In this document: positions 31,290 through 43,323 of the stretch, piece after piece
Numbering within the stretch: position 1 is the stretch's first letter
Layout of the letters: every line of letters begins with the position of its first letter
Source: Kondoa subrosea
Lineage: Eukaryota
Direction: 5' to 3'
Assembly (NCBI GenBank): GCA_039545335.1
Contig: BCIN01000001.1
Location: 3,165,136-3,229,135 of the forward strand
Length of the DNA: 64,000 nt
The notes under the pieces: model-generated
Databases searched by the model: none
What the model was told of the DNA's origin: nothing
Seen by the model: only the letters and a program-made list of their open reading frames with translations
Position numbers and translations under genes: made by a program

Positions 31290-32731
31290 ATGTACACTTT
31301 GGCGGATCAACTGCGTGATGCAGTCTACCACCTTCAGCCTACTTTTTTGTGGCAGTCTATTGTCATTGGCAGTCTCCTGCTTCTCATCTTAGGGTGCATT
31401 CTCGCTGGTCTGATCACCCGGCGAAGGAGAAGAACATTATGGCTGTATCGACGGAATGGCTATCGCATTCAGCCAAATGGCTTAGCTACTACCTTCCTTC
31501 TCTATTCTGCTTTTATTATACTATGGCTACCTTCTATCGCTCTCAGCTGCTATCAGGGCACGAAGCAGAAAGTTGGACCAGGAGTGGATGAATTAATCGT
31601 TTTGGCTTTCTTAGCTTTACATTACATACAATTCGTTACCGGTCAGTGTCGTAGCAAATCTAGCATGTTCTTGACTAAATCATCAAGCACAGTCTGGGCG
31701 AACTGTGCGTCTCTACCGCAGCAGAATCCGACCAACAGATATGTCATTCAACGGGAAGTGAAGCAGTGGAAGCTCAAGATCGCTCTGACTCTGGCTTTAT
31801 TGTGGTCGATTGCTATCAATGTGACTGGGATACTCTTGGAAGTTATGCATATGGGGACGCATGAGAAATACCAAGAATTGATCGCAATTCTCAACCAGGT
31901 TTGTTATTTCATCAGAGAGGCTTTAGATACTAATCTCGATTAAGTAGGGTCTTTCTGGACTCGCTCAATTGGGAACAGCTAAAGATCGATTACTGCACAC
32001 CGGTCATTTAGCAGAGCGCTATTTCCGAGCCTGCCTCGGTCTTTACTTGGCATGGCAAATCATCATCTTTCCCATCTTTCTCTATACTGCTTTCATCACC
32101 TACAGACACCTAATGAAAAGTTTAGAGACATTAGAGGCGACTGCAGCTGCTGCTGTTGAATATCACACACAGAACCTGACCACCAAAGTGGGGGACTTGG
32201 AGCAGTACATCCCTGAGTCTAGATGCAGAGCTACTAGTAGGTCAACTCTAGCTCTGCATGCTGCGAAATACTGATCTATACTATGAAGGATTGGCTAGGA
32301 TGCGTTGGGTTTGGCTAGCCAACACCATCTCGCTCCCATTAATATCAATATGTGCTATCGTGATCCTTACCTTACTCTGCTTTCGCATCGGTCCTGGTAA
32401 TCCTGACAACGACCCAGATTCAGACAACTATAAAGTTACTATCTGGTTTTCCGTAAGTCTGGCCATCACAACATCTTAATGAGTCACTCGAACTGAATGA
32501 TCGATCTAGTGGCCTCTAGTTATCTTTGGCGAATTTGGATCTGTTCTTTTCCTGGTTGACTCTTTCAAAACTCGATCAACTCACTCACCGGCTAGATCAA
32601 ATGCAGAAGATTCTACGCTTTCCATCGTCCTTTCACCTCAGCTCGGTCGATTTGATAGATTGGCGAATGTCAGGGTAGAGGATGATGCGAGTTCGCTAAA
32701 TATCAGCTTCAAATGGCCTCATCGGTTTTGA
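31290..32731 (+). CDS. Multi-pass (about 7 TM) membrane protein, possibly Dik6-like
   Basis: Six to seven hydrophobic segments across spliced exons; after TM1 RRRRRTLWLYR..G.RIQPN. Confidence 0.65.
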
Positions 32732-32835
32732 GAAGTTTGTGTGATAAATCGGAAGGTGTGTAAACTGGAAGTTAGGAATACATTTGGATAAGACAGAATT
32801 GTACGAATACACGGTGAACAGGATTACAAGTCATT

Positions 32836-34037
32836 CTATAACCATCCTCCGCTACGTTGGAGTGTTTGAGAGCAGACTGTGTGAGGTAAGGTGAGACTTA
32901 CTCCATTGCAACCGCTGAATGAGTCATGAAAGAGCCACGAGGACCTAGCATGTATACAATCTGATGCGCAACATCTTCCGGTTCTACGTAAAGGCGCGTT
33001 CATGAGATGCCAGTGTAGAGTACTAATTCATACGTACGACCAAGTTTCCGTAGCAGTATAGCATCCAATATACCAAGATCATTCAGCTTCGCATTGATAT
33101 CCTCTGCTGTTGCTGAGGGTGATAACTTAGTTCCCGATCTGAACAGAGGAGTATCGATCGGTCCAGGACAGACAACTATGGCATTGGTGAGAGTATGACA
33201 ATAGCTAGAGCAATACACCGACCGTTGACTCTGATGTTGTTCTTGGCTTGCTCTATCGCCAGACAGCGCGACAGACCAAGTACCTGAAGTCAATCTTTAA
33301 TTGTTGAAGATATACATTCCATGTAGGACATACAGCATGCTTCGAGGCAACATAGACGGTTGCATTTTGCTATCGAAGCAATTATCTTAGCTCGGACAGT
33401 CATTCCAGAATTTAACTTGACATACAGATCCAGCAGTAGAAGCTTTCGACCCGGTATTACTGTTTGGTTCAGATAAGATAGAAGAATAATCCGTACTGCA
33501 TGAGAAAGAAGAGACATACACAATTGAATAGCCTCCCACAGGATCAGGCTTTCCCTCTTCCTTCTGCTTGAGAAATTGCTTGACAGCAACTCGATTCGCG
33601 ATAAAGGTACCAGTGCAGTTCACTCGGAGTTCTCGTTCCATCATAGCGACAGTAGTATCGACAAACTCCTTGCCTTCGGAGAAGATTCCAGCGCAATGAG
33701 CCAATCCGGCAAAAGATCCATGTTTCTCGACACCCTCAGCCATGAAAGCATTCATACTGCCTTCGTCTGTGATATCGCAAGCTTTGAAAGTGACTTTTGC
33801 CTCGGGGAAGTTCTTAAGAATGAGATCCACAGTTGCACGGCCAGACTCCTCGTTGAGATCCCCGAGATGCAGTGATGCTCCTTGATAAGCACAAACATAG
33901 GCGGTACATCGTCCAAGTCCAGACGCAGCTCCGGTACTAAATAGAATGAATTTCTGACGACGTCAAACTTGAGCTGCAACAGACACTAGAATGCTTCTGC
34001 CTTTCAGCAATTCCGTCTCAGGCGTAATTGTGGCCAT
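32836..34037 (-). CDS. Short-chain dehydrogenase/reductase (SDR-1)
   Basis: TGAASGLG; HCAGI; IVNTGS; YVASKHA; IRVNVVCPGPIDT; MDGGWL. Confidence 0.92.
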
Positions 34038-34161
34038 TTGAGAATACTAGACAGCAAGACACAAGCTGGAAAGCGCGACAAAGACTCGCCAAAACAAATA
34101 AGGCACGAGTGCGGAGCAAACAGCACCAGCGGTCGCGGTGGAACGTCTCTGAAGAGCAGAT

Positions 34162-35366
34162 ATGACTGCACGAATCTTTGAGGATAGGCTGCTGTTCGTT
34201 ACAGGCTCGAGGTGAGCAGGGTGATGGTGAAAAGAGTGCAGTCTTAAATATTGCTTAGCAATGGCATGGGCAAGGCCAGCTGTATCCGACTAGCTGCAGG
34301 AGGTGCCAGTCTGGCTATGTGCGACATCAACGAGCAAGCTGGCAATGCTTTGGCCAAATCACTGAAAGAAAAGTATCCTACTCAGAAGTTTCTCGTAAGC
34401 AGATCAAAGGTCTCTTTCTGCGCAAACGCTAATGAAGACGCAGTTCAAGGTCGTAGATGTCACAGATCGCGAGGCGATTGAAAGCTTTGTGCAAGAAGTT
34501 GCTTCGATCGGCCCAATCTCAGGGTTGTTTTCCTGCGCTGGTAGTGAGTTATTGGTCTCAGACCTCAATAGATAGACTAATGTTTTGTTCAGTCGGCGTA
34601 CCTGGCCCGAGACTACATGAAGTGGATGCCATCAAGCTCATGCGTACTATAGATGTAAACCAGGTAAGTCATGCAAGCCTCGTATATTCGAAGACAGACT
34701 GATAAGTTTCAGTATGGTATCGTGTGGATCAATATGAGTGTGCTTCGGCAATTCATGAAGCAGAATGAAGCCAAAATACAACCACCTGAAGGCGGATATA
34801 CAATAGTCAATATGGGAAGTAAGGGATCAGTTGATGGGCTGCCTAGTGCTCCCGCGTATACCATGGCGAAACATGCTGTACTTGGTTTGACAAGGTATTC
34901 TTTCACCTTTTTCGGCGTTCACTCGCTTACGGTATAACAGAGTGATTGCAAAAGATTACGCGCAAGACAGTGTGTAATATTCGTTATATCTTGATATCGA
35001 GCACTGATTCTGACTTCCAGACATTCGTGCGAATGTCTTATGCCCTGGGTTGAGCAAGTCCTTTCGCGCACAATAAGTTTGGCTCGCTGATGAGCTGTCG
35101 TTTCTCTCAACAGTATACACAGATCTAATGAAGAGTCTTATTGCAAGCGGACAACCCGAATTGTCTGAAAAAGCCATGATGGAAAGATGCTATACCAAGC
35201 GCTTTGGAACAGTTGAAGGTAGAGTTTCTCGTGCGACTAAAGGGTGATAATTTTGAGACTGATGTCTTCTATAGAGATGGCCAACATCGTTGCTTTCCTT
35301 CTGGGCAGAGAGAGCTCTTACATCACCGGCCAAGCGCTCGAAGCGGACGGATCTTGGTCCCCGTAG
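34162..35366 (+). CDS. Short-chain dehydrogenase/reductase (SDR-2)
   Basis: TGSSNGMG; MCDIN (acidic, NAD-preferring); IVNMGS; YTMAKHA; IRANVLCPGLIYT; SSYITGQALEADG. Confidence 0.92.
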
Positions 35367-35548
35367 ATGATCTCTTGTACTTCAACTGCTTACATTGTGT
35401 GTGTCTATTGTAATATCCAATTCCAGCGTACTTATCAGCGCTGAGGAACTCTCAGTGAGTTTCGGGCAAAACCAAACTCGCGCATTCCCCGATATCCGGA
35501 TCTCCACGATCGAGATAAACAAATCCGACGAGAGTGCTTTTCCCTCTC

Positions 35549-38111
35549 ATGTCTGCACAAAGGGAGAAATATGTGGTGCAAGAGGTGCCCTTTGAGACAG
35601 TCAGTTCCTCTGCGTAAGATATGCGGAACATTTCTCACGACAGTCAATAGAAACGGAAGCTGAAGATCGTCTGTCTTGGTGCTGGTTTCTCAGGATTATA
35701 TCTAGTACGCAACACGCGACTGGTGGTCGCTCGCTAACTTAGGCTAAGATCAATTACTACTTCAGGCATTACGAATTCAACAGCGTTGCGAAAATGTGGA
35801 ATTAGTGATATACGAGAAGAATGCAGATGTTGGGTAGGTCAGAACTGCCCTGAGATGAAATAGGGCTAAGTAGCGAATGTACAGTGGAACCTGGTTAGAG
35901 AACCGCTATCCAGGTTGGTCGCACAACATCGGTCACAAATCATTTCTCAAGGAGACACCATGACACAGGTGCCGCGTGCGATGTGCCTTCCCACATATAT
36001 AGCTACAGGTACTATCTTTCAGATGAACGCGAATCTTTCTCACTCTATTGAACAGCTTCCTACCGAAACACGATTGGTCACAACACTATGTGCGTAGCTC
36101 TTGTCGAGCTAAATATATTCCAAAACTGAACATGTGATAAGGCGCCAGCTGCGGAGATTCTTGCCTACTTGAACGAATGTGCTGACAAGTTCAAAGCACG
36201 ACAATTCATCAAGTTGAACTCGAAGATCACAAGTGCTATTTGGAATGAAGATTTAGGGAAATGGAACTTCACCATAGAGAGTCAAGGTCAACAGATTGAT
36301 GATCAAAGCGACATCTTCATCAATGCCAGTGGCTGGCTGAATGCTTGGAAGTGGCCTGAAATTGAAGGTTTACAAGGCTTCAAGGGCAAGTTGCTACATA
36401 GCGCCGCGTGGGATCCTAACTACGACATGACCGATAAGAAAATCTGCGTAATCGGTTCTGGCTCGTCCGCTTTACAGATTGTGCCAAATCTACAGCCTCG
36501 CGTGAATCATCTTGATGCATATATTCGTTCGCCAACCTTCATTCCTCTACCAATGGCGTATGACTTCTTGGAGAAGGAGCACTGCGAAGACTATAAGGGT
36601 GATCGGAAATACTCGGAAGCGGATAAAGCACGATTTCTCAATGACCCTGGCTACTGGATGAAGTATAGGAAGCACCTCGAGTCTGGTTTCAATAGTTTCT
36701 TCGATAGTTTCATACTTGGAAGCGAAGGCAACAAAGCACTGAAAGAGCATTCGCTAGCGAATATGAAGAAATGTCTGGATGGCAGACCTGATATTTTAGA
36801 ATTCATGACTCCGAAGTGGGAACCTGGTTGTCGAAGACTATCTCCTGGCTTGGGTTTCCTCGAATCTTTGACCAGATCGAATGTTCAAATGATTACAAAT
36901 GCGTAAGTGCTAACAATGGACGCCCAATCATTGCAGACCGTTGCTGAATTTCCGCAGTATCGCTCGAATAACACCACACGGTATACAAACTGTCGACGGG
37001 ACAGAACGCTCATATGATGCTGTTGTATGCGCGACGGGTTTCGATGTCAGCTTCCGTGAGTTTTGCATGCTGGTTGATCCACAGCCCTCTGAATATTGCG
37101 CAGGACCGCGCTTTCTAACGAGAGGGCGCAACGGCTTTGAGCTAGATGCAAAATGGGCAGAAGAAGCTAGATCATACTTGACACTGGCCAGTAAGTGATC
37201 AGACTATTACGGATTGCTTCTTCTCTTCTGATAGTCTTCAGTTGAGAACATGCCTAACTACTTTGTGTACGTCTGATGTCGTCTACATCATCATTGATTC
37301 TGAAATATCAACATAGTTTCAACGGTCGTAGGTCTGACGCTTTATGTCCTTTGTTGTGTTCTCATTGCCTCTCTTCAGCTTATTGCTGCACTGGAAATGG
37401 AAGCGTGATTCCTGTAATAGAAGCGTCAGGCGACTACATGATACAGATGATCAACAAGGTATAGTCCGCGTGAATCCTGCCAAGGGCAATCTGATCGTTC
37501 TACCATTAGGTGCAAGCTCAGAACATCAAATTCTTTGTACCTCAGACGAGCGCAGTCGAAGACTTCTCGGAACATTGCGATACCTTTGTCAGTAGCCCCG
37601 TCTTCCTGCTCACCTTTCCTGTTTACCAACTTTCATCATTTCCAGATGCCCAGATCTTCGTAAGTCGATAGCGGCTTCAACTCGCATGTGTACTGATCTC
37701 ATGTCACATGATGGTCAGTTGGTCGTCCAATTGCAGCAGTTGGTATAAAACAAAGGTACATCCGTTCTTAGTATGGCCGTGATGTGAAACTGATTCCGCT
37801 TTGCAGGTACCAAGTTCTGCGCAACTCCTATCATCTTGATTTCTGAGAGACCTACTTAGTCTGGCCGTGTTATCGGAGTTTGGCCTGGCACTTCACTCAC
37901 TTTTATGGAACTAATGAAGAGACCGCGATTTGAAGATTATGAGTATACATATCTACATCGCAATCGCTTCTCCTTCATGGGCAACGGCTACACAAGCGAA
38001 CACGGTGCGTGTTCATGTCCCATTGTTCTTCACCGCTCACTTCTGTGGATAGCCGCTGGAAACGCTGATCTGGCTTATTATCTTGAGAAAACAGCTCCAG
38101 CAACCCTTTAG
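35549..38111 (+). CDS. Type I Baeyer-Villiger monooxygenase (StcW/MoxY-like flavoprotein)
   Basis: GAGFSG; GGTWLENRYPGAACDVPSH; BVMO fingerprint FKGKLLHSAAWD; GSGSSA; CRRL; CATGFD; about 15 introns. Confidence 0.93.
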
Positions 38112-38278
38112 CAGCTAGTATCGCTGTAGATTCACTACGCTAATTGTCTATTACTTGTACTTGTAAAGCTCATGCCAAAAACGCGTATAACGACGCGTAG
38201 ACTTGTCGGATCTTCTATTTTGGCGCAGCCTGACCGAACTTGATATGTTCAGCCCAAGCTAAGCCTTGCACAGCGACC

Positions 38279-39846
38279 ATGGTATCCTTAAGCGCGGAAA
38301 GCAAGGCCAAGCTGCAAGAAATTTTAGATGAACGCACATCTGAGCATCTCGTCGGCACTGTCTTCGCAGCCAGTAAGTATTGCGATACACTGTGGATGCC
38401 GGCTAAGATGGTATAGTCAACGGCAATGGAGCATCATTCTTCAGTGGATCTTCTGGTGTGCAACAGGTCGGCAGCTCAGACAAGGTCAGTAAATGCTTTC
38501 CGCAGAGCACACTTTGCTCATGAAGATGCAGATGACCGAAGATCAAGTGTTCTGGTAGATCTCGCCGTGCATTTAATGCGAATGCTGCTTATCAGCATTT
38601 CAGGCTGGCTTCATTCACCAAATGCGTCACCTCTGTAGCATGCTTACAGCTCATAGAGCAAGGGAAACTTCACATGGATCAAGAGGTTGGGTCTATCTTA
38701 CCGGAGCTGAAAAACCTAGATATCGTCGATGAGGAAGGACAAACGATACGGAAATCGACACAACCCATAACCTTGAAGCACCTGCTTACCCACACAAGCG
38801 GCCTGTCATAGTCAGTTATGTTGAATATGGTGCTCTACTACATATACTGACTAGAAATGAAGTACTTTCATCCATTCGGGAATAAAGAAACGAGTTGCGC
38901 CAGATGATGAATACAGCGGAACGAAAGCTGGATTCGAACAACAGCTTGTATCCGAACCAGGCGAGAAATGGAACTACTCCTGCAGCTCTGACTGGGTCGG
39001 CTTTCTCATCGAAAGGGTTTCAGGAAAGACTCTTCAGCAATACTTTGACGAGCATATCTTTAGACCGCTTGGGATCAAAGACTTGACTTTCCATATACAA
39101 GAAAGACCAGATATGCTGAAAAGATTGGCACCGATGAACAAGCGAGATGCAGAAGGCAAATTATCAAAAGCAGGTAAGTAGTTGGGTTAGAATTTAGAGA
39201 AGAAGTCTGACAGCAAGGATTACAGAGCATCTTCCCTTCCACAAGGGAACGGATGTCTGTAGTGGTGGAGGAGGATTGTTTGGCACAGCTGCGGAATACC
39301 TCAAAATCCTGGCAATCTGGTTGAACGAAGGAAAAGGAAGCAACGGCGTTCAGATCCTAAAAAAGTCTTCTGTTGAGTTGGCTTTCACGAATCAAATCCC
39401 TTCCTTCTCGCATACAATGGATGAGCCCTTCGGTCTCAGTCATCCGAATCCTGCCTTGAGCGGACCATCACCTGGTGGTATACCGAAATATTCTCCGGAA
39501 GAGAAGAGAGGGTGGTCTACAGGCTTCTGTGTCATCGATAATGAGCTGTCTACAGGGCGAGGGAAAGGTTCAGGCTGGTGGGCTGGCTTGCCAAACGTGA
39601 GACCTTGTGGTGGTTTCTTGACTGCTTATAATTTGCTTATACGCATCTCCTTGAATTTAGCTGTACTGTGAGAAGAAGTCTAATGAAGCAAGATGAAGAA
39701 ACTGAGTGATGTTTACAGGGTGGGTCGACCGAACAAAAGGAGTTGCAGGTGTGTTCTGCAACCAGATTCTTCCCATGGGCGATCTCCAAGTATTTTTGAG
39801 CTGGATGGCGTTGGAAACGGAGCTATACAAGGGATTGCAGCAGTAG
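38279..39846 (+). CDS. Beta-lactamase-fold serine hydrolase (family VIII esterase / LovD-like)
   Basis: FWLASFTK (SxxK); LLTHTSGLSY; EPGEKWNYS; IFRPLG; SGGGGLF; WAGLPNLYWWVD. Confidence 0.92.
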
Positions 39847-39916
39847 CACATAAGTTTCACTGATCACGTGCCCAAGTACATCAGCTTTACTCTGTGTTGT
39901 GCGGGGGCAACTGACC

Positions 39917-41516
39917 TTAGTAATCTTCATCGTCGTCAAAACCATCCGAATACTCTTCATCAAGATCGCTCTCCAGATCATAGTCTTCGTAAAAATCTGA
40001 TTCCTCTCCCTTTTCTTCCGATTCTGGATCCTCGGATTCGCAATCTGAGAAACCAAAATGTTGTGCGCCTGTATCCATATCGTGAACGTAAGGCTGGAAG
40101 GAGAAGCCGTTGTCTTTTGAGAGATCCGCTAGACCACGACAGTCACAATTTTCGTTAAGGCTGTGATTCGGTTGATCAGTCAAAGAGATCTTCAAATCTT
40201 TCAGGGTATTGGGTCGCTTTTCTATTGCTTTTGTGAGGGCTTGCAAGTCGATCATTTGAAGTTCATATTTCAAGAATTGCAAAGAGGAAAGATGTTGCTC
40301 GATAATAGTTGGGCGAACGTGTTGGGCAGAACAGGACAACCGAATTAGCTGAGAACAACCTTCAATAGCTTGGTCGAGATTCATAGCAGTCTTGCGACCA
40401 TAGCAGAATTCTAGGCAGTTACCAGGCGCGATACTCAGTCAAGCATCGCCGATCAAGACATTTACAAACCTATTTCCAAACCCCTCAGACTCTGAGACCA
40501 CATGCAAATTGCACTCAGCAAAGCAGAAGGACTACATGTCGGCTCAAAAATCAAGCGCACGTTTTGCACATGAGGTGCAATCCTTGACAACGTTTCCAGA
40601 GCTGCACTATCTAAACCGCATTCGCCAAGATGGAGAGTATGCAAATTTGGGCAGCGACTCTTTTGGTCTGAAGGTTTTAGACTTATAGTTTGTGCAGGAG
40701 CAGCTTGTTTCTGTCTTCGCCTAACTTCTTGCTTCTCTCGACGACGCAGATTCCATGCGTGCGCCTTCTCATAATACTCAGTGAAGAGTCGCTCGTCCGC
40801 ATCTCCTTGTCCCCATCCAGCAGGTGTTGGGACTTTCGGTTCTGGATCATTGGGATCGTCTGATTCGCTTTCGTCTGAGCTTTCTTGACCATAAGTTTGC
40901 GATGTAGTGCGCTGTTGAACAGCTAGAGTTGATAAATTTGGCCAGTGCAGCATACAGATATCCAGTAACGACTTGAAGCTGCCAAAAGAGTCACTCTCCT
41001 GGTCGGACAGAGTATATCGAGAAATCTCGAGCCGCTCGAGCTTGTTTAATTTGCGCATAGCGTTCTTCAACCTTGACAATGCTTTGCCGCCTGCCCATCC
41101 TGCGAGCGTTTTCAGATGTGTAGCTACTCATGGACAGCGCAGGCAAACTTACCATTTATTGAAAGCGTATGTATGGATTCCGAGCACATATCAATAACAG
41201 CAGTGTGAGCCTTCGTTTCTGCACCAGCTTGATACAGATCATTCAACCACACTTTGAGCTGTTTCACTAGCGGGCGGAGATGAGAGTTTTCTGTCAATGT
41301 AATTTGCAAGGCTTCAGCTTTCTCCAAACGCTTGAGAACGATAGTATTGAACAGAGCAGGCTGAGCAGTGGATAGCCATTTCTTTGACACAAGACAGAGC
41401 GAACGATAATCTCTGACAGGTGCAGGTCTGGTACTAGACTGGGTGTATCTATAAGGCTCCTGGAGCTGCTCTAGTATCTTTTGAAGGATCTCTGGGATAT
41501 CTAAGGCATGATGCAT
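39917..41516 (-). CDS. F-box-like / RNI-like LRR protein with acidic tail
   Basis: ALDIPEILQKILEQL...LCLVSKKW...AQPALF; LxxLxL repeats (LERLEI, LSTLAV, LHTLHL, LKDLKI); two introns. Confidence 0.75.
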
Positions 41517-43279
41517 GGTATTTTGCAATTGGTGCTACAAGAACAACCTTGATCGCGAACCATTTTCTCGTCCTTCGAACCCTCTTCCGCCAATCCCGGC
41601 TGACTAGAAGACGTGCAGCAATGGAGCAGATCATTGTGCAGAAGATTAATGCGGACCAAATGATTCCAGGTTTGAGAAAAGGTCGGTCCGAATGTTCATC
41701 TACAGCAAGCGCTCCAATAGCAGGAGAAGCGAGAATGAGAGGGAAGCCTGTAGAAAGGTATATCAGCCCCGCGTTTTGCACATGAGCGAGGAACCAGCCT
41801 GTCAAAACCGCGAAACCCATAGCTGTAGCCGAATCAACAGGCATGATCCGCACGACTGCTGCATCTGTCAATATTGAGAAGCCACCAGATGCTAGGCCGA
41901 ATAGTATGCAGAAGAGTAACGCAGTGCCATTGTCTGATATAGGCTAAGAGGGAAATTAGATGGTCTCATAGCGAGCTGACAGAATCACGCACCAGCCAAG
42001 TTCCAGCACAGACCATAAATAAGAATATGCAGAATATGCAATATACATCTAAAACGCCAACTCGATCAGCAAAATATCCGCCAGTCAACCTTCCTGCACA
42101 CATGATCAGTTATCTGTCAGATCGGTATGTCGATAAACCTACCAATAATCCCAGTTGCTTGTGCTACCACCCAGAAGATTGGTCTGATCCTGTGTGAAAC
42201 TACTCGATCCAGCAGAGTCGGTCCAAGTACAGAAACTTTTTGTATTGGTCTTCATCAGCGTCAATCCATTAGACAGACAGAAGGCTCACATCTGAAGCAA
42301 CCACCTTGACCTAGTCTGAAGGCAAAGGGGAATGAGTAGCTGAGAAGGATCATTTTTACGAGACTGACGATTATCCAATGCAAGTAATGACGAAAGCTTT
42401 GTTGCGCAAAATCTTCAGATTTGGAATGAACTTCTTAATGTTGAAAGGTTCCTTTCGTAGAGAAGGAGGAGAACGAATGAGGAGAAGAGCGATGGAAATT
42501 TCGACCGCCAAAATCAAAGCTACGATGCGATTGCGCCAACGCCCTGTTCGTTCCAAAGCTGGGAAGAGAAGAGTCCATTGTGCCTGTCGGTGAACATGAG
42601 TTCGTGTAACAAGATATCAGGGAAATCATACTCCGCCTAAGCAGGTCCCGGAGTGTACTATCGAGAAGACGAGCCATTTACTCGAGCGGAACCACTCTAG
42701 ATTCGCCAATGATGCTGAGGTTTACGACAGAGAATGCAGCCAGTACTCACGAATAGGTATCATCAGAGCTGGCAGAGAGAGGAGCCCCAAGCCAAAACCG
42801 ATCACAATGCCTTCTCGCCGTACTTCAGATTAAGATATGCAGCAATCAAATCACTGACCTTGAACCAGGATAGCTTGCCAAACTTGCTCCACATTTGCCA
42901 GTGATATATAGCCAATAAACACTAGCAAGACGCCGACAGCCATCGCCCGTCTCGCACCATAAGCATCCATGCTCATTCCGGCAACATAGACACCAATTTC
43001 ACTGATAGCGACCATAAGATTCCCAATAATGGAAAGAGAGGAGAAGCTATGCGAAGGCCACTTTTCTTCATAGCTAGTTAGCCATATGCCGAGGGATGCA
43101 TGGAAACCGATACAATTGGCGCAAACAAGCACACCGCCAATAACACAGGCGAAAGCTACTCTAGGATGTTCACGCCATGGCTCTGCTTCTTCTTCACTTA
43201 CAGCTGTTGCATCACAAGGCAAAGTAGATTCTTCTGCTTTCATCACCTCTGGATATGGCTCGGCTACCGATCTCTCCAT
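41449..43279 (-). pseudogene. MFS monocarboxylate transporter (Mch/MCT family), apparently disrupted
   Basis: MCT features GMSMDAYGAR, QG..IGFGLG, QWF, GRLTGGYFADRVG; in-frame TAA at 42373-42371 before the GTCAGT donor; C-terminus reads through CGA into the next gene. Confidence 0.6.
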
Positions 43280-43300
43280 TGGTTACAGTGAAGATTAATA

Positions 43301-43323
43301 GCAAGAGCAAGAGCAAGAGCAAG
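43301..43323. repeat. (GCAAGA)x4 microsatellite just upstream of the MFS start
   Basis: gcaagagcaagagcaagagcaag. Confidence 0.8.

Noticed and set aside
41535..41580. 46-nt GT-AG intron fusing the MFS transporter in frame to the F-box gene
   Set aside because: Frame-compatible but lacks a CTRAY-like branch point, and the upstream TAA already truncates the transporter
42371..42373. Premature stop rescued by A-to-I editing
   Set aside because: TAA would need two edits, and such editing is known from some ascomycete sexual stages, not this kind of fungus
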